Of a stretch of 64,000 nt of DNA, positions 11,023-21,812 are shown piece after piece. A program made the translations under genes and the position numbers. Positions within the stretch are counted from its first letter, which is position 1. Each line of letters opens with the position of its first letter. The stretch comes from an uncultured Gemmatimonadales bacterium (lineage in GTDB: Bacteria > Gemmatimonadota > Gemmatimonadetes > Gemmatimonadales > GWC2-71-9), in the NCBI GenBank assembly GCA_963739455.1, contig CAVUAK010000002.1, forward strand, positions 192,001 to 256,000, written 5' to 3'. The notes under the pieces were generated by a model. That model was not told the origin of the DNA. It was given only the letters and a program-made list of their open reading frames with translations, and did no database searches.

Positions 11023-11930
11023 ACCTTCACCGTTGTCTTGCTGCTGCGCGACGCGAGCGCCTTTGCTACCGTGGTGCCCAGCTCCGCCGGGCTCGGCGCG
11101 ACCGTCAGGCCCAGCGAGCGCATGATCTCCGCCTTCTCGGCCGCCGTATCGCCGAATGCCGAGATGATGGCGCCCGCGTGGCCCATGCGCCGGCCCTTCG
11201 GCGCGGTGAGACCTGCCACATAGCCGACCACGGGCTTCTTCATGTTCTCCTTGACGAACTGCGCGGCCTCGGCTTCCTGTGGCCCGCCAATCTCGCCGAT
11301 CATCATGACGGCGTCGGTCTCAGGATCCTCCTCGAACAGCTTGAGGACGTCGAGGAACGAGCTGCCGTTGATCGGGTCGCCACCGATGCCAACACTGGTC
11401 GTGATGCCGATGCCCAGGGCCTTCATCTGGGACGCCGCCTCATAGCCCAGTGTGCCCGAGCGCGATACGACACCCACGTTGCCCTGCATGTAGATGTGGC
11501 CCGGCATGATCCCCATCATCGCCTTGCCCGGCGAGATGACGCCCGCGCAGTTGGGACCGACGAGCATGGTCCGCTTCTCCTTGGGGAAGCGCAGCATGTA
11601 GCGCTTCACCATCATCATGTCCTGCGCCGGGATGCCATCGGTGATGGCCACGACGAACTTGATGCCCGCCGCCGCGGCTTCCATGATGCTGTCGGCGCAG
11701 AATGCCGCCGGCACGAACACGAGGCTCGCCGTGGCGCCCGCCTGCTGCACCGCTTCCTTCACGGTGTTGAAGACCGGCCGGTCGAGGTGCTTCGCGCCGC
11801 CCTTGCCGGGCGTGACGCCGCCCACGACGTTCGTGCCGTAGGCGATCATCTCCTTCGCGTGGAAGGTCGCCTTGTCGCCCGTGAAGCCCTGGACGATGAC
11901 GCGCGTGGTTCCGTCGATCAGGATGCTCAT
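11019..11930 (-). CDS. mtkB: Malate-CoA ligase (malate thiokinase) alpha subunit, SucD-like
   Basis: VQGFTGDKATFHAKEMIAYGTNVVGGVTPGKGG, GPNCAG, MGHAGAI phospho-His; beside mtkA and mcl. Confidence 0.85.
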   Translation of the reverse strand: MSILIDGTTRVIVQGFTGDKATFHAKEMIAYGTNVVGGVTPGKGGAKHLDRPVFNTVKEAVQQAGATASLVFVPAAFCADSIMEAAAAGIKFVVAITDGIPAQDMMMVKRYMLRFPKEKRTMLVGPNCAGVISPGKAMMGIMPGHIYMQGNVGVVSRSGTLGYEAASQMKALGIGITTSVGIGGDPINGSSFLDVLKLFEEDPETDAVMMIGEIGGPQEAEAAQFVKENMKKPVVGYVAGLTAPKGRRMGHAGAIISAFGDTAAEKAEIMRSLGLTVAPSPAELGTTVAKALASRSSKTTVKV

Positions 11931-11933
11931 GGG

Positions 11934-13131
11934 TCAGGCCCTCCCCGCCGCAGTAGACCGCCCCTTCGCGTCATTCATTGCCTTCACCACTCGCTCCGCC
12001 GCATCCGCCAGGGAGTCGGCGGTGATGATCGGGAAGCCCGCTGTCCTTGAGGATCTTCTGCCCCTCGACGACGTTGGTGCCGGCCAGGCGCACCACCAGC
12101 GGGATCTTCATCTGGGTCTCGCGCGCGGCCTGCACCACGCCCTGCGCCACCCAGTCGCAGCGATTGATGCCGGCGAAGATGTTGACCAGCATCGCCTCGA
12201 TCTTGGGATCGGCCAGCACCAGCCGGAACGCCGCGGCAACGCGCTCCGGGCTCGCGCCACCACCCACGTCGAGGAAGTTGGCCGGCTCGCCACCGGCGTG
12301 CTTGATCATGTCCATGGTCGCCATGGCCAGGCCGGCACCATTGATGATGCAGCCGATGTTGCCGTCGAGCGCCACGTAGTTGAGGCCGTGTTCCCCCGCC
12401 TGCGCCTCGCGCGGATCCTCTTCGGCGTAGTCGCGCAGCTCGGAGACATTGGGCCGGCGGAAGAGGGCGTTGTCGTCGAACGTCATCTTCGCGTCGAGCG
12501 CCAGCAGCGACCCGTCCTTCGTCACCACCAGCGGGTTGATCTCCACCATCGTCGCGTCGAGGTCCCGGAACGCCCGGTAGGCGCCGAGCAGCGTGGTGAC
12601 GGCACGGCTCACCTGCGCCGGCCCGAGGCCCAGCCCGAAGGCGATCTCCCGCGCCTGGAACGCCGTCATGCCGATCGCCGGCTCGACCACTTCGCGCAGG
12701 ATCGCGTTGGGCGTGTTCTTGGCGATCTCCTCGATCTCCATGCCGCCCTGTGGCGCCGCGACCACCATGATGCGCTCGCTCTTCCGGTCGAGCACCAGGC
12801 CGACGTACAGCTCGCGCTCGATCGGCACCGCCTGCTCGATATAGAGGCGGTGCACCACGCGTCCCTCGGGGCCCGTCTGGTGCGTGATCAGCCGCTTCCC
12901 CAGCAGCGCCTTGGCGCCCTGCCGCACCTCGTCCTCGGTGCTGCAGATCTTCACGCCGCCCGCCTTGCCGCGCGCGCCGGAATGGATCTGCGCCTTCACG
13001 GCCCAGCGCGTACCGCCGATTTCCGAGGCCCGGTACACCGCCTGCTCGGGACTGTAGGCCACGCCCCCGCGGGGAATGACGACGCCGAAACCGGCGAGAA
13101 GTTCCTTGGCCTGATATTCGTGGATGTCCAC
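11934..13131 (-). CDS. mtkA: Malate-CoA ligase beta subunit, SucC-like (frameshift near ~12035)
   Basis: [62 protein letters not shown] (Mtk-like rather than SucC FGGIVRCD). Confidence 0.85.
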
Positions 13132-13143
13132 AGAGGTCTCCGT

Positions 13144-14097
13144 TTACTTGGTCTTCGTGCGGGCGGCGACCTTCTCGCCGATCTCAACGATCACCTGCGC
13201 CTGCCGTGCACTCGCCGCGTCGATCATGCGGCCGTCGAGTTGTGCCGCACCCTTGCCCTCCTTGGCCGCCTCGATCGAGCGCCGCCAGGATGCGATGCGC
13301 CCGGTCCACCTCCGCCGGCGGCGGGGAGAACACCTCGTTCGCCAGCGCCACCTGCGACGGATGGATGGCCCACTTCCCCTCGATGCCGAGCGCCGCATCG
13401 CGCTTCGCGGCGAGGACGTAGCCGTCGGGGTCCTTGATGTCGCCGAACGGGTCCGTCGATGGCGCGCAGTCCGTAGGCGCGACAGGCCACGGTCATGCGG
13501 GAGAGGGCGAAGTGCCACTGGTCACCGGGATAGTCGGGATTGAGGCCGCCGATGTTCACGGTGCGCGCGCGGACACTGGCCGCATAGTCGGCCACGCCGA
13601 AATGCATCGCCTCGAGGCGCTTGCTCGACTGCGCAATGGCCTCGACGTTCGCCATGCCGAGCGAGGTCTCGATCAGGACTTCCAGGCCGATGCGATGGGA
13701 AATGCCCTTGGCGATCTCGATCTGCGTCAGCAGCGCATCGGTGAGGTAGACATCCGCGGCGACGCCCACCTTCGGGAATCAGCACCAGGTCCAGCCGGTG
13801 CCCGGCCTGCTCGATGACGTCCACGACGTCGCGATAGAAGTAGTGGGTGTCGATGCCGTTGACCCGCACCATGATCGTCTTGCCCGCCGCCCGCCAGTCG
13901 TGCTCCAGGAGCGACGCAATCACGTTCAGCCGCGCCTGCTCCTTGTCCGCGGGAGCCACGGCGTCCTCGAGATCGAGGAACACCGTGTCCGCGTCACTCT
14001 CCAGCGCCTTGCCGAACATTTGCGGCTGGGAGCCCGGGACCGCCAGTGTGCTGCGCTGCAGGCGGGTCTGGGCTGGCTCGAACCGCGTGAAGCTCAC
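13144..14097 (-). CDS. mcl: Malyl-CoA lyase (CitE/HpcH family; ~3 frameshifts)
   Basis: RLQRSTLAVPGSQP, FLDLEDAVAP, VRVNGIDTH..RDVVDV, LIETSLG, MHFGVADYAAS, DQWHFA, AAQLDGRMID across ORFs 13522..14097, 13224..13769 and 13144..13518. Confidence 0.88.
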
Positions 14098-15335
14098 GCG
14101 ACCCCCGCCGGCTGCCGTGCCGGCGCCGCCGACTCGGCGGGCCCGGCCACCTTCTTCGCCGGGAGCGGCTTCGACGTCTCCAGCCAGTACTTCTGGGCGG
14201 CGGCGACTCCACTCCCCAGGTCCACCTTGATGCCCACATCGGACATCGCCATCTCGGCGCCACCGATTCCGGCAAGCAGCGTGATCTCGTTCAGGTCGCC
14301 CAGGTGACCGATGCGATACAGCTTGCCGGCCACCTTGTTGAGCCCGGCGCCGAGCGCAAAATTGTACCGGCGGTACGCAACGTCGATCACGTCACCACCG
14401 TTGAACCCGCTCGGCACCATGATGGCGCTCACGGTGTCGGAGTGCCACTTCGGCGCCTTCGCGCACAAGGTGAGGCCCCAGGCCTTCACCGCGCGACGAC
14501 ATCCTTCCGCCAGCCGGTTGTGCCGCGCAAAGACGTTCTCCAGCCCCTCCTCGAACAGCATGTTCAGCGCCTCGCGCAAGCCGTACAGCATCGGGATCGA
14601 CGGCGTGTACGGGAAGTAACCGGTCGCGTTTGCCTTGAGCATGTCCTCATAGCTCCAGTAGCAACGCGGGAGCTTCGCCGTCTTGCCCAGGTCGATGGCA
14701 CGCGGGCTGGCGCACACGATGCCCGCCCCGGCCGGAAGCATGAAACCCTTCTGCGAGCCGGTGACGCAGATGTCGACCTTCCATTCATCCATGCGGAAGT
14801 CGAGGCTCGCGAGCCCCGAGACGCTGTCCACGAACAGGAGCGCCGGGTGCTTCGCGGCATCCATCGCCTTGCGCACCGCGCCGATGTCGCTGGTGACACC
14901 CGTGGCGGTCTCGTTGTGCACCACGCACACCGCCTTGTACTCGTGCTTCGTGTCCTTGCTCAGCAGTTCGTGGATCGTCTCGGGCGGCGCGCCCTCGCCC
15001 CACTCGACGTCCACCGCCGTCACGTCGAGCCCCAGCCGCTGCATCATGTCGATCCAGAGGTGGCTGAACTGCCCGTAGCGGAACGAGAGCACCTTGTCGC
15101 CCGGCGACAGCGTGTTCACCAGCGCCGACTCCCAGCCGCCGGTGCCGGTGCCCGGGAAGACGATGGCCTGGCCCGTTTCCGTCTTGAAGACCTTCTTGAG
15201 GTCGCTGAGGATCGGGCCGGCGAGCGCCGGGAACGACGATGAGCGGTGATCCTCCATCGGCACGTGCATCGCCCGGAGGATCCTGTCGGGGGAATTCGTT
15301 GGCCCCGGCACGAAGAGAAGATTGCGACCCGACAT
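14094..15335 (-). CDS. sgaA: Serine-glyoxylate aminotransferase (class V PLP)
   Basis: GRNLLFVPGPTN, EDHRS, GTGTGGWE, VHNETATGV, TGSQKGFMLP, GYFPYTP, RIGHLG; GAGG RBS. Confidence 0.92.
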   Translation of the reverse strand: MSGRNLLFVPGPTNSPDRILRAMHVPMEDHRSSSFPALAGPILSDLKKVFKTETGQAIVFPGTGTGGWESALVNTLSPGDKVLSFRYGQFSHLWIDMMQRLGLDVTAVDVEWGEGAPPETIHELLSKDTKHEYKAVCVVHNETATGVTSDIGAVRKAMDAAKHPALLFVDSVSGLASLDFRMDEWKVDICVTGSQKGFMLPAGAGIVCASPRAIDLGKTAKLPRCYWSYEDMLKANATGYFPYTPSIPMLYGLREALNMLFEEGLENVFARHNRLAEGCRRAVKAWGLTLCAKAPKWHSDTVSAIMVPSGFNGGDVIDVAYRRYNFALGAGLNKVAGKLYRIGHLGDLNEITLLAGIGGAEMAMSDVGIKVDLGSGVAAAQKYWLETSKPLPAKKVAGPAESAAPARQPAGVA

Positions 15336-15467
15336 TGCCAAACCTCACGCGAAGTAGGAAACCTGCTCCGCGGCCTCACCGGGCCCCGGCTCACCCCGAG
15401 CAGCGCGACTGTCCGCTACTGGTATATTCAACCGCTCAGCGACTCAACACCAGCCTGCAAGAACTTC

Positions 15468-16802
15468 ATGATCGAGAACTTACCCGCCGGCACGCCGGAC
15501 CGCGCGTTGCTGGAGGACCTGTACCATGCCGCCGTGGCGGCCGTCGATCCCGGCCCCGCCGTGGCCGCGGCACTCGAGTCGGGCGGGCACCTGCTCGCCG
15601 CTCGTGGCCACGGGCTCTGGATCCTCGCGCTCGGCAAGGCCGCGATGCCAATGGCCGAGGCGGCAGTGCGCGCGACGCAGCGTGCCGGCCTCGAGATCAG
15701 CGGTGGCCTGGTGGTCGCCCCCGCCGGCGCACCGGCCCCCCATCCTGCCATGCCGCTCGTCGTGGGCGATCACCCCGAGCCAGAGCAAGGCTCGCTCGCC
15801 GCGGCGGCGGCGCTTGGTCAGGTCGCCTCTCGCGTCCGCCCCGGCGACCATGTCTGGGTGCTGCTCTCGGGCGGCACAACGAGCCTCATCGGCGCGCCCG
15901 TCGAGGGCATTACCCCGGGCGACCTTCGCGAGTTGTACCGACTCCTGCTCGGGTCAGGCCTCGACATCAGCGCCATGAACCGGGTCCGGAAGCGCTTCAC
16001 CCGCTGGGGAGGCGGAAAGCTCGCCGCGGCACTCGGTCGGGCCACGGTCCGCCAGTTCATCGTCTCCGATGTCATCGGCGACGACCTGCCATCCATCGGC
16101 TCGGGGCCGTGCGTCCCCGATCCCGCGACTGCCACCGAGGTGCGCCAGGCCCTCGAACACGCCGGCACTCTGGCAACGCCTGCCCGATTCGCTCCGCCAG
16201 CTCGTCACCGACACCGAACATGGCACACGACCGGAAACACCGAAGCCGGATCACCCGGCGTTCGCCTCGGTGGTTACGGAAATTGTGTCGAGTAATCGGC
16301 TGGCGCTGGAAGCGGCGGCCGGGCGTGCGGCAGTGTTGGGCCTCGTCCCCGAGATCGCGCCCGAACCCCTGGCCGGGGAGGCGAACCTGATCGGAACGAG
16401 TGTAGCCGCGACTTTGAGAAATTATTCACAAGCGCACGGAACGCAAGGGACCGCAAGGCGTTGCGTGATTCTTGGGGGTGAGACCACAGTGACGCTGGGG
16501 ACGGGTCACGGATTGGGCGGACGGAGCCAGGAACTGGCCCTGGCGGCGGCGAGGGCACTGGCGGGAACAACGGGGAATTTCGCTGCTCGCGGCCGGCACC
16601 GACGGGCGGGATGGGCCGACCGACGCGGCAGGCGCCATGGTCGACGGGTCCACCTGGTCGAGCGATGACGGCGGCGGGACGAGACCCGGCCGCCGATCTG
16701 GCCCGTCACGATGCCTACCCTGCCCTGAAGGCCGCGGGCGCGCTCTTCCAGCCCGGGCTTACTGGAACGAACGTGATGGACGTCGTGATCGGGCTGGCGT
16801 GA
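15468..16802 (+). CDS. Glycerate 2-kinase (TtuD/MOFRL family; frameshifts ~16175, ~16575, ~16660)
   Basis: ALGKAA, GDHPEP, LSGGTTSL, SDVIGDD..IGSGP, GGETTV, GGRSQE, GTDGRDG, TGTNVMD. Confidence 0.9.
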
Positions 16803-16805
16803 CGC

Positions 16806-17689
16806 TCAGCCACCGATCGGACCCTGCTTGACGCTCGGCGCACCCCACCGCTCAGCTGTCGCCGCGGCCTCCCAGGCCCCGGCCCGACGCGGGTCCTCCA
16901 GCGCGGCCGGACATCCGAGAATCCATTCTTGATGCTGCACCGCCAGCGCGTCGTGCAGACCGCGCCAGCCCGGCCTGCTGTCGCGGGTCGAGCGGCGGGC
17001 CGAACATGGTGCGTGCCCGGAAATGCCGGAAACTGCCGCATCGCCGGCACCACCAGGGCGCCAGTCTGTTCGGCCAGCCTGGCCGTTCCGGAGGCAAGCC
17101 ACACCGGCCTGCCGAGGAACGTCGTCTCCGCTGATCCTGGCCAGTCAAACGCCATCACGACGACGGCTCCGCTGGCGAGCAACTCGGTGACGACCGGAAA
17201 ACATCCCATCTGCTGGAATCAGGGGTACACCGGCCCGGGTGAACATCGATCGCCACTGGTGCCATCGCGAGACCCTGCGGCTGGTCCGGCCGGCGGACTG
17301 GGCGAGCCACATGCCGGCGACCTGGTGCACGTTGGCCGCGTGTTCCGCGACCGTGACGGCCACGCCGGGGAACGGCCCGAGATGACAGTAGCTCACGAGC
17401 ACGCCGCGCCCCGCCGCGGAAGCGGCCCGCAGGTGGCTCGACACCATCCACCGGTGTGCCCTGCACCATCGAGGGCCGCCGGATGAACTTCTCCCGGGCG
17501 TACTCGTGCGCGAGATGTGAACGCGCCAGCGCATCGCGGGCTGGTCCGTCGCCGACGATCGCCTCGATGGCGCGCCTGCTTCGCTCGCGCGCCACTGGCT
17601 CGAGCCATCGCAGGCGTCCGCGAACGGACGCGAGAGGCGATTGCCATCCGGTCCAGCAGGTCATGGTACCTGGCAGCGACAGTGCCCAC
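16806..17689 (-). CDS. Lysophospholipid / lipid A acyltransferase-like protein (LpxL/HtrB-like; several frameshifts)
   Basis: Joined frames: GRGVLVSYCHLGPF, VVMAFDWPG..FLGRPVWLASGTARLAEQTGALVVP; GGAGG upstream of GTG 17689. Confidence 0.6.
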
Positions 17690-17759
17690 CGCACTTCCCT
17701 TCCTCCGCGAAGGTGGTCCAACGCGGTAAGTTTCCCCCGACCGTCAACCCCGGATTCCA

Positions 17760-19447
17760 ATGACTGCGCTTATCGAATGCGTTCCCAACTTCAGCGAGGG
17801 ACGCGACCCCGAAATCATCCGGCAGATCACCGCGGCCATCGAATCGGTCGAGGGCGCGACCCTGCTTCACGTCGACGCGGGCAAGGCCACCAACCGTACC
17901 GTGGTCACGCTCGCCGGCCCGCCCGAGGCGGTCGTCGAGGCGGCCTTTCGCGGGATCGCGAAGGCCACCGAGTTGATCGACATGCGACACCACTCCGGCG
18001 AGCACCCGCGCATGGGCGCGACCGATGTCTGCCCCCTGGTGCCGATCAGCGGCATCTCGATGGAGGAGACGGCCGCGTTCGCGCGCCAGCTCGCCGGGCG
18101 TGTCGGCACCGAGCTCGGCGTCCCGGTCTACCTCTATGAAGCCGCCCAGTCCAACCCGGCGAAGAAGAACCTCGCCACCATCCGCGCCGGCGAGTACGAG
18201 GGACTGGCTGCGAAGCAGGCCGACCCGGCATGGAAGCCCGACTTCGGCCCGACCGCCTTCAACGCGAAGAGCGGCGCCACCGTCATCGGTGCGCGCGACT
18301 TCCTCGTCGCCTACAACGTCAACCTCAACACCACCTCCACCCGGCGCGCCAACGCCATCGCGTTCGACGTGCGCGAGGCGGGGCGTCCTGCGCGCGATGG
18401 CGACCCGCTCACCGGCAAGGCAGCTGACCGACGCTGCGGGACGACCCGTGATGGTGCCGGGCACGCTCAAGGCGGTGAAGGCGATCGGATGGTATATCGC
18501 CGAGTACGGCCTGGCCCAGGTGTCGATGAACCTCACCGACGTCGCCGTCACGCCACTGCACGTGGCGTTCGATGAAGTCTGCCGCGCGGCGGAAGCAAGA
18601 GGCGTGCGAGTGACCGGGTCGGAGCTGGTGGGCCTTGTTCCGCTCCAGACGATGCTCGACGCCGGTCGCCACTTCCTCCGGAAGCAGCAGCGCTCGCTCG
18701 GCGTCTCGGACCAGGAACTGGTCCGGACGGCCATCCGCTCCCTGGGCCTCGATGAACTGGCGACGTTCAACCCCGACGAGCGGATCATCGAGTACCGGTT
18801 GCGCGACCGTTCGGGCGGCCGGCTGGTCAGGATGACGGTGCAGGCCTTCGCCGACGAGACCGCCGCCGAGTCGGCGGCACCGGGTGGCGGCTCAGTGGCC
18901 GCCTTGCTGGGCACGCTGGGCGCCGCCCTCGGCACCATGGTGGCCAACCTGTCGGCACACAAGCGCGGCTGGGACGAACGCTGGGAGGAATTTTCACAGT
19001 GGGCTGAGCGCGGCCAGCGGCTCAAGGACGAGCTGCTCCGGCTGGTCGACGAGGACACCATCGCCTTTGAACGGGTCATGACGGCACTGTCGATGCCCAA
19101 GGCCACACCTGGGGAGAAGGCGACTCGCGCCGCCGCGCTTGCCGCGGCCAATCTCGGCGCGCTCGAGGTGCCATGGCAGGTGATGCGCACGTCGTTCGAG
19201 GCCTTCGACCTCCTGGCCGCGATGGCCGAACGGGGCAACCCCGCGTCGGCGTCCGACGCGGGTGTCGGCGCCATCTGCGCCCGCGCGGCGGTCCGCGGGG
19301 CCTGGCTCAACGTCCGCACCAATGCGGGTGGCGTGAAGGACAAGGTGAAGCTCGAGGAGATCCTGGCGGCAGGCGCTCAGCCTCGAACGAGCGGCGGCCG
19401 AGCGCGAAGCCGCGATCCTGACGATCGTTGAATCGAAGTTCGCCTAG
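17760..19447 (+). CDS. ftcd: Bifunctional glutamate formimidoyltransferase / formimino-THF cyclodeaminase (frameshifts ~18420, ~19380)
   Basis: IECVPNFSEGRD, HSGEHPRMGATDV, AQVSMNL, GSELVGLVP; cyclodeaminase domain APGGGSVAA..GNPASASD..NVRTN. Confidence 0.93.
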
Positions 19448-19496
19448 GCTCGCGGCGGGCGACATTACAGACAACCCATGCAACCGGAAACAGTCG

Positions 19497-19976
19497 ATGA
19501 ACCTCAGCGTGCTCAAGTCGATCGCCATCTGTCTCTGCACCGCCAGCACTGCGCCGCTCGCCGCCCAGTCGGCGCCGGCCTTCATCAACCCGCCCGGTCT
19601 TGCATCACCCGGTGGCTACACCCACCTGGTCGACGTTCCGGCCGGCATGCGGCTTGTCATCATCTCCGGCCAGGTGGCACTCGACAGCGCGGGAAGGGTT
19701 GTCGGGGGAGACAACATGACTGCCCAGGCGACGCAGGTGTTCGAGAACCTCAAGGTGGCCCTCGCCGCGGTTGGTGCCACCTTCAACGACGTGATCAAGC
19801 TCAATACCTACCTCACCAGCATGGCGAAGTCGCAGGCGTTCCGTGAGGTGCGCGACCACTACGTCAACCCGAAGGCGCCGCCCGCCAGCACCACCATCGA
19901 GGTGCGCCGTCTCTTCCGCGACGAGTTTCTCGTCGAGGTGGAAGCCATCGTCGCGGTGCCGGTGAAGTCACCCTGA
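19497..19976 (+). CDS. RidA/YjgF family protein with N-terminal signal-like peptide
   Basis: GGYTH, ISGQVA, QVFENL, FREVR, PPASTTIEV..LVEVEAIV. Confidence 0.85.
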   Translation: MNLSVLKSIAICLCTASTAPLAAQSAPAFINPPGLASPGGYTHLVDVPAGMRLVIISGQVALDSAGRVVGGDNMTAQATQVFENLKVALAAVGATFNDVIKLNTYLTSMAKSQAFREVRDHYVNPKAPPASTTIEVRRLFRDEFLVEVEAIVAVPVKSP

Positions 19977-19998
19977 TGCTGCCAGCGCGGAGGCGCCG

Positions 19999-20436
19999 AT
20001 GCTGATCCTCGTCTGTGTTGCCTTCGTCATCGGCATGATGCTGCCCCTCCAGGCGGGGATCAATGCCCAGTTGCGCGGCGGCCTCGGGCATCCGCTGCTG
20101 CCGGCAATCGCCTCGTTCGCCGTCGGGACCGTGGGGCTCCTGCTGGTGGCGGTCGTCGCCCGCATTCGCCTGCCGACCGGGCCCATCTCGGCGATTCCCT
20201 GGTGGCACTGGACCGGCGGCCTGCTCGGCGCCGTCTACATCACGGCCGCAGTGATCCTTGCGCCGCGCCTTGGAGCGGCTGCACTGATGGCAGCCGTCGT
20301 GGCGGGGCAGATGGTGACATCGCTTGTGCTCGATACGCGGGGCTTGGTTGGATTCGCCCAGCAGCCACTCACTGCAGCCCGTTTGTGCGGCGGCGTACTG
20401 GTCATTGCCGGGGTGCTGCTCATCAGCCGACGGTAG
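19999..20436 (+). CDS. DMT-superfamily small transporter (YdcZ-like)
   Basis: LPLQAGINAQL, PWWHWTGGLLGA, GQMVTSLVLD; five hydrophobic helices. Confidence 0.85.
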   Translation: MLILVCVAFVIGMMLPLQAGINAQLRGGLGHPLLPAIASFAVGTVGLLLVAVVARIRLPTGPISAIPWWHWTGGLLGAVYITAAVILAPRLGAAALMAAVVAGQMVTSLVLDTRGLVGFAQQPLTAARLCGGVLVIAGVLLISRR

Positions 20437-20445
20437 GAAATTGCG

Positions 20446-20847
20446 CTACGGGTGGACCTCGTTCGGTCCCCTGAAGTCTGGGCCAAGGATGACCGTCACG
20501 TCCACGTGCCGGGTCGAATCCCGCACCGTCTTCACCTTCCCCGAGCCAAGCGCCTTGCGCACCCGCTCGCCTGCCTCCGGGTCACCCCGACGAACCAGGA
20601 CCATTGTCGACTCCGCGGCCGGCGCCGTGGCCAGGTAGACCACGTCCAGGCCGGCCTTCCGCAGTTCGCGCGCGCCGACGCGCGCCAGTCCTGAGGTCTC
20701 GGTTCCATTCAGGACTTCAACCAGCACCCGATCCGTGCTTGGCGGCACGGCGAACGCGTGGCCCTCGACCAGTTCGGGCCGATGCTCGAGATAGTAGATC
20801 ACCGCGCCGAGGCCAACGGCCAGCACGAGCGCTGCGATGACCTTCAG
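20446..20847 (-). CDS. LytR C-terminal domain protein (start uncertain)
   Basis: N-terminal TM; VEVLNGTETSGLA..LRKAGLDVV; DVTVILGPDF. Confidence 0.8.
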   Translation of the reverse strand: MKVIAALVLAVGLGAVIYYLEHRPELVEGHAFAVPPSTDRVLVEVLNGTETSGLARVGARELRKAGLDVVYLATAPAAESTMVLVRRGDPEAGERVRKALGSGKVKTVRDSTRHVDVTVILGPDFRGPNEVHP

Positions 20848-21428
20848 GACGCGGGACGTGATGCGACGAGGCTGTTCCAGAAGCGTACGGTAGGCTCGGG
20901 GAGGGTCCAGCCGGACCTGATGGAGTGCGCGATGCGGGCGCGCGCGACCTCGCGAATGACACCGCTCATGTCAGTGGGCAGGCGGGCAGCGAGTTCGGCC
21001 CGTTCGTCTCGCAGGAACTCGCGGCCCGGCTCGAGATAGTCGGCGCAGTAGAGCACTCGCCCCACCATGTCCCACTCGGCCAAACCCAGCGAGTGATACC
21101 GGACGGCGTCGAGCACCCCGCGATCAATCTCTCCCTCGGCCTTGGCCCGTGCCGCACTCGCCGGTCCGTGCTTCAATTCCACGGGGCCAGGAGTGGACGA
21201 GGCCCACTGGTCGAGATCAGCCTGCGATGCGTCGCGCATGGCGTCGTGCAGCCAGGTGGCCCGCAGCCAGCGGTTACGCTCGCTGTCGTGAATGAGCATG
21301 GCGTCAGCCCACTCCGAGACGAGCTCGGCGACGCGGATGGTGTGATCGAGTCGCTCGGGTGACATCGCGGCCCACATAGGAATGGTGGGCCGGAGTGAAG
21401 GCGGCGTCGGGCGTGCGGGGCGGGACAC
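20844..21428 (-). CDS. HD-domain hydrolase, YqeK-like
   Basis: RLDHTIRVA, WLHDA, HGPASA, AVRYHSLG, LYCADYLEPGR. Confidence 0.82.
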   Translation of the reverse strand: MSRPARPTPPSLRPTIPMWAAMSPERLDHTIRVAELVSEWADAMLIHDSERNRWLRATWLHDAMRDASQADLDQWASSTPGPVELKHGPASAARAKAEGEIDRGVLDAVRYHSLGLAEWDMVGRVLYCADYLEPGREFLRDERAELAARLPTDMSGVIREVARARIAHSIRSGWTLPEPTVRFWNSLVASRPAS

Positions 21429-21439
21429 CGGTGCCGGGG

Positions 21440-21811
21440 TCAGCCCTGGGCGCGGAGCGGCGGACGGACGATGCGGTTCTTGGCGTCGACGAACACCACG
21501 CGCGGATTGTGACGCTCCGCTTCCTTCGCGTCGAACACGGCGTACGAGATGAGGATGACCAGGTCGCCGGGCATGCCGAGTCGCGCGGCGGCCCCGTTGA
21601 GCTGGATGACGCCCGAGCCGCGGGGCCCGGGGATGACGTACGTCGAGAAGCGCGAGCCGTTGTTCACGTTCACGACCTGGATTTCCTCGTAGGTTACCAG
21701 GTCGGCGGCGTCGAGCAGGTCCTCGTCCACCGTCAGCGACCCCTCATAGTGCAGGTCTGCCGACGTGATCGTGGCCCGGTGAATCTTCGACTTCATGAGA
21801 TGCCGCTGCAT
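21440..21811 (-). CDS. panD: Aspartate 1-decarboxylase
   Basis: [34 protein letters not shown]. Confidence 0.97.
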   Translation of the reverse strand: MQRHLMKSKIHRATITSADLHYEGSLTVDEDLLDAADLVTYEEIQVVNVNNGSRFSTYVIPGPRGSGVIQLNGAAARLGMPGDLVILISYAVFDAKEAERHNPRVVFVDAKNRIVRPPLRAQG

Positions 21812-21812
21812 A

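Noticed and set aside
11019..13131. Annotation as ordinary TCA-cycle sucCD
   Set aside because: Mtk-like sequence features ([20 protein letters not shown]) and position between mcl and hpr/ppc favour malate-CoA ligase; phylogeny is still needed
15342..15467. Riboswitch (glycine/ZTP/THF) in the sga leader
   Set aside because: Only a short CTGCTC..GAGCAG stem; no conserved aptamer motifs recognised
16410..16480. AT-rich patch with a DnaA-box match (TTATTCACA, 16422-16430) inside glycerate kinase
   Set aside because: Single box within coding sequence, no cluster and no oriC context; plausible by chance
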